A stretch of 64,000 nt of DNA, from contig OX597814.1 in assembly GCA_951406725.2 (NCBI GenBank), positions 58,962,001 through 59,026,000 of the forward strand, read 5' to 3'. This document shows, in pieces, positions 1 through 13,170 of the stretch. The notes beneath the pieces were generated by a model, which was not told the DNA's origin, made no database searches, and saw nothing but the letters and a program-made list of their open reading frames with translations. The DNA comes from Octopus vulgaris. Taxonomy: Eukaryota. The stretch's first letter is position 1; each line of letters starts with the position of its first letter. Made by a program: the position numbers and the translations under genes.

Positions 1-704
1 AAAAATTAAAAATTTGGAACAAAATATTCAGACTATGTACATTTCTTCAATTTCCACAAGCTCAGTTTTACTTTCTACATAAATGCTAAATCCCATTGCA
101 TTGCAAATGTTGCAAATGAAGCAAAGCTTTATCTGTACATTTTTCCAGCTCGTGACACCATAGCTGAAGGGTTTATAACCTCTGTTAGATAGACACGTTC
201 GGTCGTTGTTATTTAAACATATAAAGTTTTTAATCACCTCTGTTTCTCGAATATACTTTAGGCAATTTTCAAGTCTTTTACAGAACGCTTTCTTGGAAAA
301 TACAAACCACTTGATATGGCGTTTTGCACAGAACTCACGGAAACCGCCAAAAAGGATTTCGTATTTTTCGACGAGTGTCTAGTCAATAAATTCAATACAT
401 TAATGTGTTTATTGCCATTTATTATTCAGTTCTCGTGCCGTTCCACTATTAGATCATGGCGTAAACAAATCTACAAATGTTGTAAAGTAGCCACAGAAAG
501 AAACGCTGTGGAGAAGGCCCTTGCTCAAGGTGATACGAAGTGGGATAGGGCATAGGAACACATGGTTGCAAAGCAAATATATTAAACTCATGATACCCTG
601 CATGTCTCGATATTATGGCTTACTACACACAAATATGATTATAAATATGACTATCATATGTGTATTTATATAATCATTGATATCGAATTATTTATAAGTC
701 CAGT

Positions 705-797
705 ATAGTTGTGTATTAGAAGAACTCAGGATAGTTGTGTATTAGAACTGTATAAAATACAGGATAGTTGTCTATTTGAAGAACTGTATAAAATACC
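705..797. repeat. Short tandem repeat, about 3 imperfect units of 25-36 bp
   Basis: The unit 'caggatagttgtgtattagaa(gaa)ctgtataaaata' recurs three times. Confidence 0.7.
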
Positions 798-1093
798 AAA
801 TAGAACCCGTCGTAATGATTCCAGGACTCTGAGAACCTCATATGTGTCGTTTCATAGCGAATTGCAAAATTAAATAGGCTGAGTCTATCTAGTATTAAAT
901 ATATGATTCTGGCTTGTGTCAGAAAAGAAGATTAGGGTGTGGGATCGGTAGTTACATAAATATATTTTCCTTTGATTCAGCGCATTTCATGATACTTTAT
1001 TTTATTTTGTACCGTCTCCAGTTTTCTTCCAATTGTCTTATCTTTTATGCTATAAACATTTTGGTATTTGTGTACTGGAAACATCATAGTATT

Positions 1094-2355
1094 TACGAGG
1101 GTGGGCTGAAGGTGCATATTCTGTCTATGAAGATGTGAACGAGTGTGTGAAATTTTGCATGCATTAATTTCAAAACATATTATTAATAGCTGCATGGTTC
1201 GTTTGTTTTTTAATCAGTTAAACTGATATTTCCAAGTAGACTTAAAAAGTAACTAGTCTGAAAATTTGTGTTTTAATGTGCAAATTTGAAATCGTGGTGT
1301 CATCAAGTACCTACATGAAACAGGGTTTCTAAGGAGATTCCTGCTGGTATGGTTGCTGCATTAGATCTTGCTTGTTCCGCCCATTGCAATAGTATAAAGA
1401 TAGCCAGCTAAATATAAGACAGGTAGGAGATGTAGGGAAAGTCCTGAAGTTGACCAATCTTGTGCAGGTCCGGAAACTGCCAGTGCCCATGGAAACATTG
1501 CTTGTGTTCAAGGCAGGCGATTGACTACAAATCAAATATCCCACTGCTATTTGCATATCTCGTGAGAGAGTTGAGAATTCTGTGCTCAATGGATTTGGCA
1601 TTATGAAGTTTTCTGCTCGGTGGTTAAGTTTTCTCATATACGATCAAAAGGTTACCAGACTGATCATGTCACGGGGAAATCTGACATTATTTGCGGTATA
1701 TCCAGTTTGTTTCCCCTGAAAGTTTCGTAGGCTAGGAAGAGTGTTCATCACTTTTAGCCAGAGACAAAGAACCAATCCATATAGTGGAGACAAACCCTAT
1801 TCACCTACTCCAAATTAGGCCAGCGTCGTTTCATCCCTAGGGAAGGTGATGGCCTCATTTTTTTTTGTGTATTGACTATCTTCAAAAGGCCCCACCATCA
1901 ATAGAGACTACTATACTCACTTCATGATGCAGTTTCAAAAGCGATCAAGAAAACACGCCCAGGACATCTAACGAAATGATTCTTGCTTAATCCAGGACAA
2001 TACTCCATCATAAAAGACCTTATTTTCAATGGTTACTCTGCGTGGCTGGCTTTGAACCTCTTGATCCTTATCCCTAATCTCTTGATTCGAGACCACCTGA
2101 TTATGACATGCTCCCCAACATAAAAGAAAAGGACTTCATTGGGAAAAGTGTCACGGGGAAGAACAGTCTTATTCTTTGTTGATGACATTTTGACCAACAG
2201 GATGAAAGCTTCTTCGCGAATGGGACTGAAGCACTGCAATCCCGATGGAAGAAATATGTGAACCCTAACCGTGATTTTGTAGAAAAAATCTCATTTGGTC
2301 ACATTTCATAAGGATTTGTTGGTCAGCCTGAGAATTTTTCTATCGATCCTCTTAT
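1094..2355 (+). mobile_element. Degenerate mariner DNA transposon (about 1.26 kb)
   Basis: Left end TA-CGAGGGTGGGCTGAA and decayed right end GTCAGCCTGAGAATTTTTCTATCGATCCTC-TTA. Mariner-like remnants include caggacaatactcca (QDN) near 1993 and cgatggaagaaatatgtg (RWKKYV) near 2244. The 5' segment 'gtgaaattttgcatgcattaatttcaa' is shared with the element at 57.4 kb. Confidence 0.75.
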
Positions 2356-4041
2356 ATTATGAGAATCCACCCAGTTTTAATGTTATCGCTTTTTAAACCT
2401 TTGGAATTTCGAGCTGGTATTTGATATGTATAATTGTTACATTGTATCACTTATGATTATACCAAACTTTAGTTTCTAAGGTGGTGTTTAGACAGTTCAT
2501 GTTACGTTGAAGCAATTTAAAATTTGTGGTATACCTACACAGTATATATTTGTGAATGAATTGCTTCAATATTTTAACAAAACGTGATCCGAAAGAAAGG
2601 TGATAAGTTGCAGTGGTTACTATTTGATTAATGCTTTTGTTCTTATAATATAGTTTATTGAATGCATCTTATACATTGGCAGCTTGGCATAGTGTGTTCT
2701 TTGACAACATAAAATATATATATATGGGTGTGTTTATACGAGTGTATTATATAAGAATTGTTAAGGTATGTTTATTTGGGAAAACAACATTGTTTTGAAG
2801 TTTATTTCATGTAGATTCTTAGATGTTAGATTACATCCATGAGTATTTCTGTATCCACGTATGTGGTTAATATGAACGCTTTTTTGATTCAGCATTTCCT
2901 TTTCTATGTGGCATTTCACTCGTGAGGATATTTTCTTTATTTTTGGCATTTGACATTTCAAGCTACTTGATCGTCTATATTCACTTTCTTTTAAGATCGA
3001 AGGGACATCGTTAATATAGCCGCTAATCATAACATATTAAGCAGCTGTCGTAGAGACAGTTTTATTGGCAACACATACTGCATAGAAGTCACTAGAAGAG
3101 TTGCAAGTTATTTTTTTTGATTTTGTGTTTTACTGAGGTGCTTGCAGCAGGTGTTACATACGTGGTTAAATTAATTTCCTTCATCTGCCATGAGTTATAT
3201 GTCTTACTCTTATACTGTTATCATTGGAAACTGACTAGTGAATTGTGTTTGCTGTGTTTGAAAAATATTCGCTGCAGAAGACACAAACAGTTTAGTCGCG
3301 AACCGTGTCAATGAGAAAACGGAACCAGGCGTGAATATACTTGAAATACAACTTACAACATCTTATGTGTCTATTGCATAAAACAGTATGCAGAATAAGG
3401 GTATTTAAATATTTAATAGTCGTATATATGTGTGTGCATTTCTTAATATCTTATTACATGTAAAGGTCATGTCTTTGCTTAACTCTACCTATACAGATAA
3501 TAACAATGTACTTCTCCTTTAGAAAGTTTGGCTTCACGATTATAAAATATTCCAAGAAACCATCGCTTGGCAGTCCACTACACTTTATCCTAATTATGTC
3601 TCTTTGCTATCTCCTGGTATTCCCTGTCATATCACTATCGACTTTGAGATTTCTAGTGCCATGAAGAGGAATGCGGTTTGATCTTGATTTGCATTCATAC
3701 AATCATCTGATCCAGGAGTAAGCACAAACAGAATCGGGAGTTATGAAAATATTGATCACTGGAATGAGTAGTCGTACAAAAATTAACAGCCACCAGTTCC
3801 CTGAAATTACATAGGCAATGGCTATCTCCTACAATGAAAACATAGCTTTACACAGTTACTAAAATGGCTTACAAATGAGTCATAGTCGAGAACTATATCT
3901 TCTGCATTGGATAACAGCTAGCATAATACGCGCACATTGAAAAGCATAAATACATACACCTAGCTTTCATTCTTCTTTGTCTTATACTCTGTATAAAGTA
4001 TATATGAGTATGTGTGTGTCTATCAATCTACCTATCTATTT

Positions 4042-4073
<32 letters not shown>

Positions 4074-4074
4074 A

Positions 4075-4122
<48 letters not shown>

Positions 4123-4124
4123 AT

Positions 4125-4295
4125 TATGAGGTAGTGAGTACAATTCCCGGACCGCGTTGCGTATTGTGTTAATGAGCAAGACGTTTAATTTCACGTTGCA
4201 CCACTTCACTCTTCCATGAAGATCTTTGCCTGGACTTGTGCCTCGGAGGAAAACTTTCTCGGTACAATCACGCGTGCATTGATAAACTAAGGGAG
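4125..4295 (+). mobile_element. Degenerate, internally deleted tRNA-derived SINE, family C
   Basis: Matches 15669-16008 in cccggaccg, gagcaagac, tttcacgttgc, gacttgtg and aactttct. Confidence 0.7.
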
Positions 4296-4333
4296 TTTTA
4301 CATATCTATATATGTATATATCTATATTTATAT

Positions 4334-4476
<143 letters not shown>

Positions 4477-5909
4477 CAATGCACAGCACATTTCAGGAAA
4501 CTCAAAACATGCGTAATTTAGATAACTATAATTAATTATGGGCTGCATTGATCATACATATATGGCGCAGGGGCCTGCACCCACCTCTCTCGTACTCACA
4601 TCTATGATATAACGGAGAAAGTTGCTTATCAATTAGGTATGTAACATTTACTAAAAGTACTAAAAGAAAGAAATATTAAGAGCTTGACCGTCTCGAAATA
4701 TTTTTATAAATTCATATTGTAAGAAATTGCCCATAGTTTAATTTCCTGAAGTTTATTGAATTTTTTAAAACTCCAAATTCTCGCAAATTTAAATATTCAT
4801 TGCATTCACGACGTTCAATTCTGAATGAATTCAAATATTCATTATATTCACTGCAGAGTAGATTTTAATATTTAATAATAAACACTATTATTTCGCTGCA
4901 GGTAACATTATATATTTTTATTCGCAACAGTCTCTCATTCACACTCGCCTGTATGGTCATTAATGATAATTTCATAATAGTTGTATAACTTTGATACGAA
5001 CCATAATTTCAAAAATATTATCAGTTTCCGGAGTTTGTTAAATGGGTATTTTTGATCAGATGAAAATTCTTTAATATACCGGTAATTGATGCTGTATGAG
5101 ATTATTTCCTTTATCACTTCCCCTAATTGATGACTTGTGAATATTAAATCTTTTCTTGAAGCCAATTTACCACATAGCAATACATCCTTTCTTATCCACC
5201 AATTTCTTTATACATTTGAACTGACATTGGCTTAATAGTCAAGTGAAAATAGACGCCATACATCGTGTACACGCTTCTAAGCACCATTTCGAATAGTTCG
5301 CTCAATTACCTGAAAATAATGCCTTTATGTACAAACCCCATATGCAGAGGACTTTCACAATAGCTTATTGAAAGTTATTTGTCAATGATAGAATTGAGAG
5401 AGATGCTTATCTTGTAAGGCCAGGAAAACCTTAATACCTAGCTCAAAATATTTAAAGCGACAGGTGATGTAAATCTTATAGAAATCATACGTCACTTCTT
5501 GTATCATGAATGTGTACCATTTACCTTATACTCACGTCTTTGACAGTGCAAAGGCGTAGAAATGAATGCATTTGAAGAATAAAATATGCCTGTAATAGGA
5601 ATATACTACATAATGTTAGGAATAACCCCATAGGCATGTTTAACAACAATGTGTTTACACTTAAAGCAGTTATTGTTCTAATTAAAGCTGGTTTTCCAGA
5701 CTAATTCCGAATGACTGATGAAACATCTACAAACCTTTCCAAAATTCGAATGAATTGCTTTGTTACATAAATAAACATTTCGCCTAACAATTGCGTTTAA
5801 AAAACTCAACGCTAACAATAATTCCTAACCTTTAACGTCTATTCGTCAAAACATTACATGTTCTAAACAATTTATGAATAATTTCCGACTTTACTCGTTA
5901 CCCTTATCT

Positions 5910-5954
5910 CGATGTAGCTATCGAATAATCTTTAATTATTCGATAGCTACATCG
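5910..5954. repeat. Perfect 20-bp inverted repeat with a 5-nt loop
   Basis: cgatgtagctatcgaataat-cttta-attattcgatagctacatcg. Confidence 0.9.
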
Positions 5955-6679
5955 TGTGTATTGTGATGTCTTGTTACATACACAGGTTGATTTACTTAAA
6001 ATTCATTTTACCTTAACGTTGAATCTAATCATGAAAACAATATAAGGGATCAAACTTTCAGTACTAGCCCGAAATCAATGTCACCAGTAATACAATCGAA
6101 TGAAGTCAGAAATAAAATTCTGATATAAATCTTGTGTTCAAAGGATCAACTTATTGAAATCGTAATATGTCATAGTCTTATTTATTATTTGTTGTAAAAC
6201 GCTGCAGTAATTACTTTATTTACATCGTACACAGTATCAGTTATTGAAGCGTTTTGAAGAATGATTTTCATTTTATGTGAAGCGAACATAGAAAACATAA
6301 GCATTTATTATTCTTGGAGTTGTAACTTTTATATAGCCCCGAATCATTTCACAGCTAGTTAGACAACAACACCGTTTTATTTATTTATTGTTACATATAT
6401 TGCTAAATATTGGAATTTTCTTCAATGTGCTGAAAAGCGTTTTAAATGGTCTTATATGCAAAGTAAAACAGATAAGTGAATATACACAGTCGACTTCCAT
6501 CAAAATGTAAATTCAAACATGAGATTTTCACATAAATTTGCTACGTAAATTTAAATTTTAATTCACATTAAAATCATGCTATAACACACCCATAGAAATT
6601 TAATTATGCTAAGACCTACGTGTAGACACGTATGTATTTCTTTCTACATACTCATTTATGATCTTTGAAGCTCACACCT

Positions 6680-7010
6680 ATTATATATAATCCGTTCTGT
6701 CAGTCTGAGTGTGTGTCGTCTAGGATTTCGGGCATCCTCCATCCGATTGCGCTCAAATTTGATATGTAGATACCGACGGCATCAGGGCGATTATAAGTTT
6801 TGAAAAAATTGCAAAAATCGATTCCAGATGAGAATGCGATTGATAAAGGTGTGGGAACGTGCATTTGTACGCGCAAGTACATCAGCTGTTGCGATCGATA
6901 CTACGCGTACGCAAGAAAAATTCTATCTATTTTTTTCATTTGCTGGTGTCTCAAATTTAGATTAAATCAGAGTTTCTCAAAGGGGAGGCCTATGGGACGG
7001 TCGAACAATT
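6680..7010 (+). mobile_element. Possible non-autonomous Helitron/Helentron-like element fragment
   Basis: The start 'tatataatccgttctgtcagtctgagtgtgtgtc...ccgattgcgctcaaatttg' resembles 5' ends of non-autonomous rolling-circle elements, from recall only. No 3' terminus confirmed. Confidence 0.3.
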
Positions 7011-8929
7011 TATTTTGAGAAAATCTGGTTTAAAGGTTTGACAACTCAGCACCGTCCAAATAATGATGGGCAGAAGTACACGTGAAATAATTTTGTGAAT
7101 GAAACCTCAGGCATATTTTCTCTAACTCTGATCCTACCTTTCAAGCTCCATTAAGATGGTTTTTACCATATTATATTAAGTTACAACATTTTATGATATT
7201 TCTAATAAAAGAAAACAAAAGGAAGTACATATTCCCGCTGGCTGTGTAATGACTTAATATTATGTAAACGTTACAACTACAAGAACAATGAATGCTTACA
7301 CCTACCAAGATTGTAACACATAAAACAAAGAAAATCTGTTTTCATATCTCTTCAGTAAATGATATGATTGAATTTGTATTGATATTTCATTTTACTACAT
7401 AGAGTAAACAGCAACACTGCTGCAATATATATTACATATTGCAATATCAATATGTTGATCTTTTGAGCGTGAAGCTTACATAAGCAGTTTCAGTCGATGT
7501 AATAGAGAATTGGTTTCGTGTTAACACTGGAAATGTGATCTGAGTTTTACTATTCTAATAATTAGATTCCAAGTTCAGTTAAAATTAAATTCAGATGAAT
7601 TCGAATGAAATATAAAATTAATTGATACACTCAAGCAAGAAATGCATGTGAATAATCTTAAAATATTACGGGATCTATTCTTGTTTTGCTTTAAGGAGGT
7701 GCAACAGCTTATCAGTTAGACATTTAGTTGAGTGAATTTACTTTATTGCTTTACAAGCAATTATTTTATGAGCACAATAAGACTTTTAAATTTCCTTAAA
7801 ATGATAAAGGTATGGAAAGATTTCAGTTCATATATTTAATAGCTGAACTCTTTTCAAATAAAATTACAGACTTAAAATGTAGAAAAAAATAAATGTAAAA
7901 TGCATCGATATAATTCAAATGTAAGTTTTATAATTCTGATAATTTATAATGAAATTAAGCATCAAAGATAATTTACAATTAAATACATTAGGTCTATATT
8001 ATTAGTATATTACTTGTGCACAACAACGTTAAAATAGGAAATATTTGCGCTGATGCATGAAATGGAAGACGTACCCCACCAGATATGTATTCTTTAAGTA
8101 TTACTAAGTTGAAAACAACACAGCAGGTACATTCTCACATTGAATTTAATCCTCGAACACACTTCAACGGAATCCTATAACCTCTGTGTGGCATCCAACT
8201 CCAGGTTTAAATGTTTAAATTACATATATTAAATATTTTTTGTATTATCTTATTTCAATTATTGTTGGAGTCAACATCATGTACAAGAACACTGAAATTT
8301 ATAAAATAAACAATTGTGACATATTTGATAGAATTGTATATTTGTACTTCTAATAATTTACCTAGTCTCAAATTCGTTATTAATTGTTGTTTGACAAGAA
8401 ATATTTTAATTATTATCTCATATTAGAAAGATAAAGAGCGAGGGTGAGAGAGAGTTAGAGAGTAAAAAATATTTCTGACAGCAATGCTATCTTTCAACTT
8501 TATATTTTGGAAGGGTATTTTCTTAAGATCGGAATATAGAAAAAAGGATAACAGATTTGATTCTCCGTGGATTCAATGTTTATGCAGTAAATACTTACTT
8601 ATATTGAAATAAGATCACATATGTTTCGTGGAAAACGATTAAAAGCCAATGAATAATCGGCTTCTATCATTGTGTTAAAATTTTAACTAAGAATGCGAGG
8701 AGATTTAAATGAATACCAAGAGTACTATTATAGTACTGCAGCAGATGCTTTGATGAAATGGATTTAAAAATTAGGTACATATATTTAATGAATTTACATC
8801 ATGAATTGAACCGATCATAATCATTTATTCGATGGTTGGGAGATGGTTTCAGAGTTGCTGCTTTTAATTTTGTATCTGTCACCACTACCTTCAACTTACA
8901 CTACTATTTTTCAATATTTTCAAACCACT

Positions 8930-9302
8930 TTACGTTCCTGTTTTGCCGCAGCCGACTTTACTTTTCATCTTTTCGGAGATGATAAAACAAGCACCACCTG
9001 AGCACAGGGGTTGACGTAATCAACTTAGGCTATCCTTCAAAATGGCAATTCTTCTATCGAAATTTGAAACCAATATTTGTAAATCACGTAAACCAACGAG
9101 TTGGTTGGATCGTTAGCACACAGCCAAACTCTTTAGAGGTATTTCGTCTGTCTTTACATTCTGAGTTCAAATTCGCGGTCGACATTGCCTTTCATTCCTT
9201 TGGGGTCTATAAAATAAGTACAATTTTAGCATTCAGTTCGATGTACTCGACTCATCCATGACCCCAAAACTGATGACTTTGTCTCAAAATGTGAAACAAT
9301 AT
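8930..9302 (+). mobile_element. Two tandem degenerate SINE family B copies
   Basis: The core ctgagttcaaatt...gtcgac(a/t)ttgcctttcat(c)cttt.ggggtc.ataaaataagtac is shared with copies at 15.2, 22.5-23.0, 30.7, 31.2, 44.2 and 55 kb. Confidence 0.8.
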
Positions 9303-10688
9303 TTCTAAATCACGTGAATATATATAGAAATATAAATGCTTCAGCATATAAAATATCATTATGTGTATTCGAAAGGAAAATTTTCTCACGGATTGAAAGA
9401 CCTGCTTTTTGTTGTTTTTGTTGTTTGTTTTGGGGGGTATTTCACATAGTTGAAATGATTTCTAGCTTAAGTATAAAAGCATTTTCTTAATGAATTTCTT
9501 GTCACCTAACAGAAAATATAAAATAAGTTTATAAGGAAAATATAAACATAGCTGTATGTGTAATAAATTAAGTACTATGAGTTAATATTCTATTATGATA
9601 ACATGGCATGCTGTTGTTCAGCATCGATTTCTTGTAAACTACATGGTAAACTCGTTCAAGAGGCATGCATAAAAATCTCCATAGTGTAGGTAAAGGTGCA
9701 GTTTGTTTTCAATGCTGTTCTGACAAACTAACACACAGAGATTACAATGAATTTGGATATACATTAAAAGGTAAAATCTGAAGATGGTCGTGATCAGCTA
9801 ACATTTCATTATACATGTTCACAATAACCTAGACTGAAAACATGAATATATGTATTAAAAATGTCTTCCCATCGATAAAATTTACACACAAATTAACGTA
9901 ATTAACTTCTGATATATGTTCTGTAGAAACATCATTCAAATTCTTAATGTATGCATCACGAACTAGTGAAAGATATCTACAGGAAATCATGAAATAACTT
10001 GGCCCTCTTTGTTTTCACCAATTACATTTACACAAATTATCTGCACATTCCGTGTTTTCCTTTGGTTCAGGATAAATATCTAATGAGCTCTTTAAACTTC
10101 ATCAAAAATGGATCAACGAATTGTACGCTTTTATCTCAGAAACTTTAATTGAAATATTGTCACGCAAAGATTACTTTATGGCATAGGAAATCAATAATAT
10201 CATTTAAAGCATTATACACTTGAAACAAGCATTATGATTGAAAATCTAAATGGACACATTGGAATTATATGTGTATCTTTAAGACACACAGAAACGCAGA
10301 AACACACACACGCAAACATTTATCATAAATCACTATAATTAGAATCTTCGAAACAACGTGTAATATCTCTCTTTACGAAAGGTGAAAACTCGAAACAAAT
10401 ATAGCTGCAGTTAATAGCAGATTAAAAGAAATGTGGATACAAAAATCCAAAGCTACCATTGGGACAATGATCAGCAGGATGTAGGTATGTACATGTATTA
10501 TGGGTATGCGTATACATATGCATACGTTTATCTATGCATATGTACATATATATATATATATATATTTATGTATTTGAGTCAATGTATATATATATATATA
10601 TACACCAATGTACATGCATGTATCTATCTATATATCCATACATAGATGTATACGTGTATATCATTATTTAAATATATATATATATATA

Positions 10689-10851
10689 GGCATAGTAGTG
10701 GTTGTGTGGTAAATAGCTTGCTTACAAGCCACATGATTCCGGGTGCAGTCCCACTGCGTGGCACCATGGGTAGGTGTCTTATATCATAACCACGGGCCAA
10801 CCAAAGCCTTCTGAGTGGATTTGGTAGACCGAAACTGAAAGAAGCACGTCG
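10689..10851 (+). mobile_element. tRNA-derived SINE family A, 5' half
   Basis: A-box-like tggttgtgtgg and B-box-like ggtgcagtccc; matches 39104-39478. Confidence 0.9.
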
Positions 10852-11041
10852 TGTATATATATATATATATATACGAAGGTCTTTCGCCATTCTTATTTTT
10901 GTTATGTATATATATATATATATATATATTTTGGAATGGTCATATTGGCAGTTTAGCCAATACAAACACACGCACTATATATTTGGTGTTATTTTGCTTC
11001 AGTGGTATTTATTTTTTACATTAATCTTAATCTTATTTCGG

Positions 11042-11081
11042 CCAGAGTTCTTTCGTCACACTCCTGTGACCGCATCAGTGG
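11042..11081 (-). ncRNA. Variant minimal hammerhead ribozyme (CUGAUGC core) in a probable PLE terminus
   Basis: Minus strand reads CCA-CUGAUGC-G-GUCACA(GGAG)UGUGAC-GAAA-GAAC-UC-UGG. Confidence 0.55.
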
Positions 11082-11464
11082 TCCTTTGTTTTCTTCTTTC
11101 GTATTTGTGTCTCTCCTTACTAACCGTCAGCCATTTTGTATTTCTATTGTATGTCTTCATTTGCACATGCTTATATCTCTATGTGCGTCTATGTTTATTT
11201 AGTGTGTGTGTGGGGGGGGATGCATGTAATATTTGTATCTTCTGTTTATATACATTCATGTAATTTGTATTTTGTTTTTGTTGTTGTTGCTTTTGTTCTA
11301 ATTTTGTTCATGTGTTTACATCCACCCATTATTATCATTACATATGCTTGTATGTATGTATAACAACAATATTAGTAATAATAATAATAAATCTAATCGA
11401 AAAAAAAAAGAAAATCTAATCGAAAAAAATATATATATATACATATACACATATATATACACAT

Positions 11465-11495
<31 letters not shown>

Positions 11496-11560
11496 TATTA
11501 TTATTATTGAATTGAAGAAATGGAGTTGAACGAAGATTGAACAGAAATCGTTTTATTTCA

Positions 11561-11645
11561 TTCTACACGTGTTTCGAAAGGCACAATTTACCAAATTCCG
11601 ATTGAATAATGAGACCATATTGTGTTTTTCTCTTCAGGAAGAAAT
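11561..11645 (-). ncRNA. Type I hammerhead ribozyme (inverted copy)
   Basis: Reverse complement of 11738-11822; differs only in stem II (GAAAAACACAAU). Confidence 0.75.
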
Positions 11646-11737
11646 AGGAAATCCGTTGGCCATGGGCTCTTAGGAGCCTAGTTCGATTTGTTTTGCTCCG
11701 CCTCTGTTCTGTTTTTGTTTTTTCCAACGGATTTCCT

Positions 11738-11828
11738 ATTTCTTCCTGAAGATAAAGACACAATATGGTCTCATTATTCAATCGGAATTTGGTAAATTGT
11801 GCCTTTCGAAACACGTGTAGAATGAAAT
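11738..11828 (+). ncRNA. Type I hammerhead ribozyme
   Basis: UUC-CUGAAGA(11746-52)-UAAAGACACAAU...AUUGUGCCUUUC-GAAA(11808-11)-CACGUG-UA-GAA. Confidence 0.75.
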
Positions 11829-12034
11829 AAAACGATTTCTGTTCAATCTTCGTTCAACTCCATTTCTTCAATTCAATAATAATATTAAAATTCAATTATC
11901 CGCACCAACGCGCGGTTGCAACACCATATGGTTGTACCTCCAACCGTGCTGTCTTCTGCTGTGATTTTTGCTACCAAGGTATCGGTTAAACTTTTGATTA
12001 ATCTGCAACAAGATTATTCATCTTTCTATTTCAC

Positions 12035-12113
<79 letters not shown>

Positions 12114-12708
12114 AGAGAGAGTGAGAATAAAAGAAGGAAAATGCACACGCACTTTACATACTTTTAATCTATTTTGTATTGTTTTTGTTCAGCGGTTTCC
12201 TTTTCGCCAATCATGACACTGAAATAATTGCAATTTCGTATTTTCTTCAGAAAATTGTAATCCATGTATGTGGAGAAGTTGATGAATGAACGATTTAACA
12301 AGTGGAAAAATCTAAGGGGAGGTAATTGGTGATCGTTATCCTTAGGGACCAGTGAGGTAATTGTTCATCATTCGGGAAGGGGATAAATATGCACAAAAAC
12401 TTAAAAGTGAGAAATAAACGCAATATTGATGGGTATGTGATCATGAATTGAAATATATACTAAGTTGGTTATGCATTCATATTTAGACGCGTTCTGTATT
12501 TTTCGATGAACATTTTTCCTTTATTTAAATGTCCATGTATAGAAATTGTTTCTTTGCACTGGTAGATGTGGAAAACTGAAGTTTGTTTAGATATTACCTG
12601 CGCATCTCTCTATGTGTTCACTCAAAGGAACCTGTGTGTGTTGGGGGAACCGGATCTGCTCTTTATGAAGTGAGTTGCTATGTATACACACACGCATATA
12701 TAAATATT

Positions 12709-12754
<46 letters not shown>

Positions 12755-12755
<1 letters not shown>

Positions 12756-13170
12756 TACTCTTTACTCTTTTACTCTTTTACTTGTTTCAGTCATTTGACT
12801 GCAGCCATGCTGGAGCACCACCTTTAGTCGAGCAAATAGACCCCGGGACTTATTCTTTGTAAGCCCAGTACTTATTCTATCGGGCTCTTTTGCCGAACCG
12901 CTAAGTGACGGAGACGTAAACACACCAGCATTGGTCGTCAAGCAATGCTAGGGGGACAAACACAGACACACAAACATATACACACTTATATATATATATA
13001 TATATACATATATACGACAGGCTTCTTTCAGTTTCCGTCTACCAAATCCACTCACAAGGCATCGGTCGGCCCAGGGCTATAGCAGAAGACACTTGCCCAA
13101 GATGCCACGCAGTGGGACTGAACCCGGAACCATGTGGTTGGTTAGCAAGCTACTTACCACACAGCCACTC
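12755..13170 (-). mobile_element. Full-length SINE family A
   Basis: Reverse complement of the family A head, with an internal (TA/TG)n tract and a GTAAAAGA tail repeat. Confidence 0.92.

Larger units (their letters stand above)
11499..12040. mobile_element. PLE pLTR fold-back: inverted arms 11499-11659 and 11724-11884 plus a 3' extension
   Basis: 161-bp arms that are near-identical, a 64-nt spacer, a hammerhead in each arm, and flanking (TA)n/(ATT)n microsatellites. Confidence 0.8.

Noticed and set aside
4935-5480. Possible RT remnant on the minus strand (MGLYIKALF resembling GLYRDDALF)
   Set aside because: A single weak motif with no collinear support.
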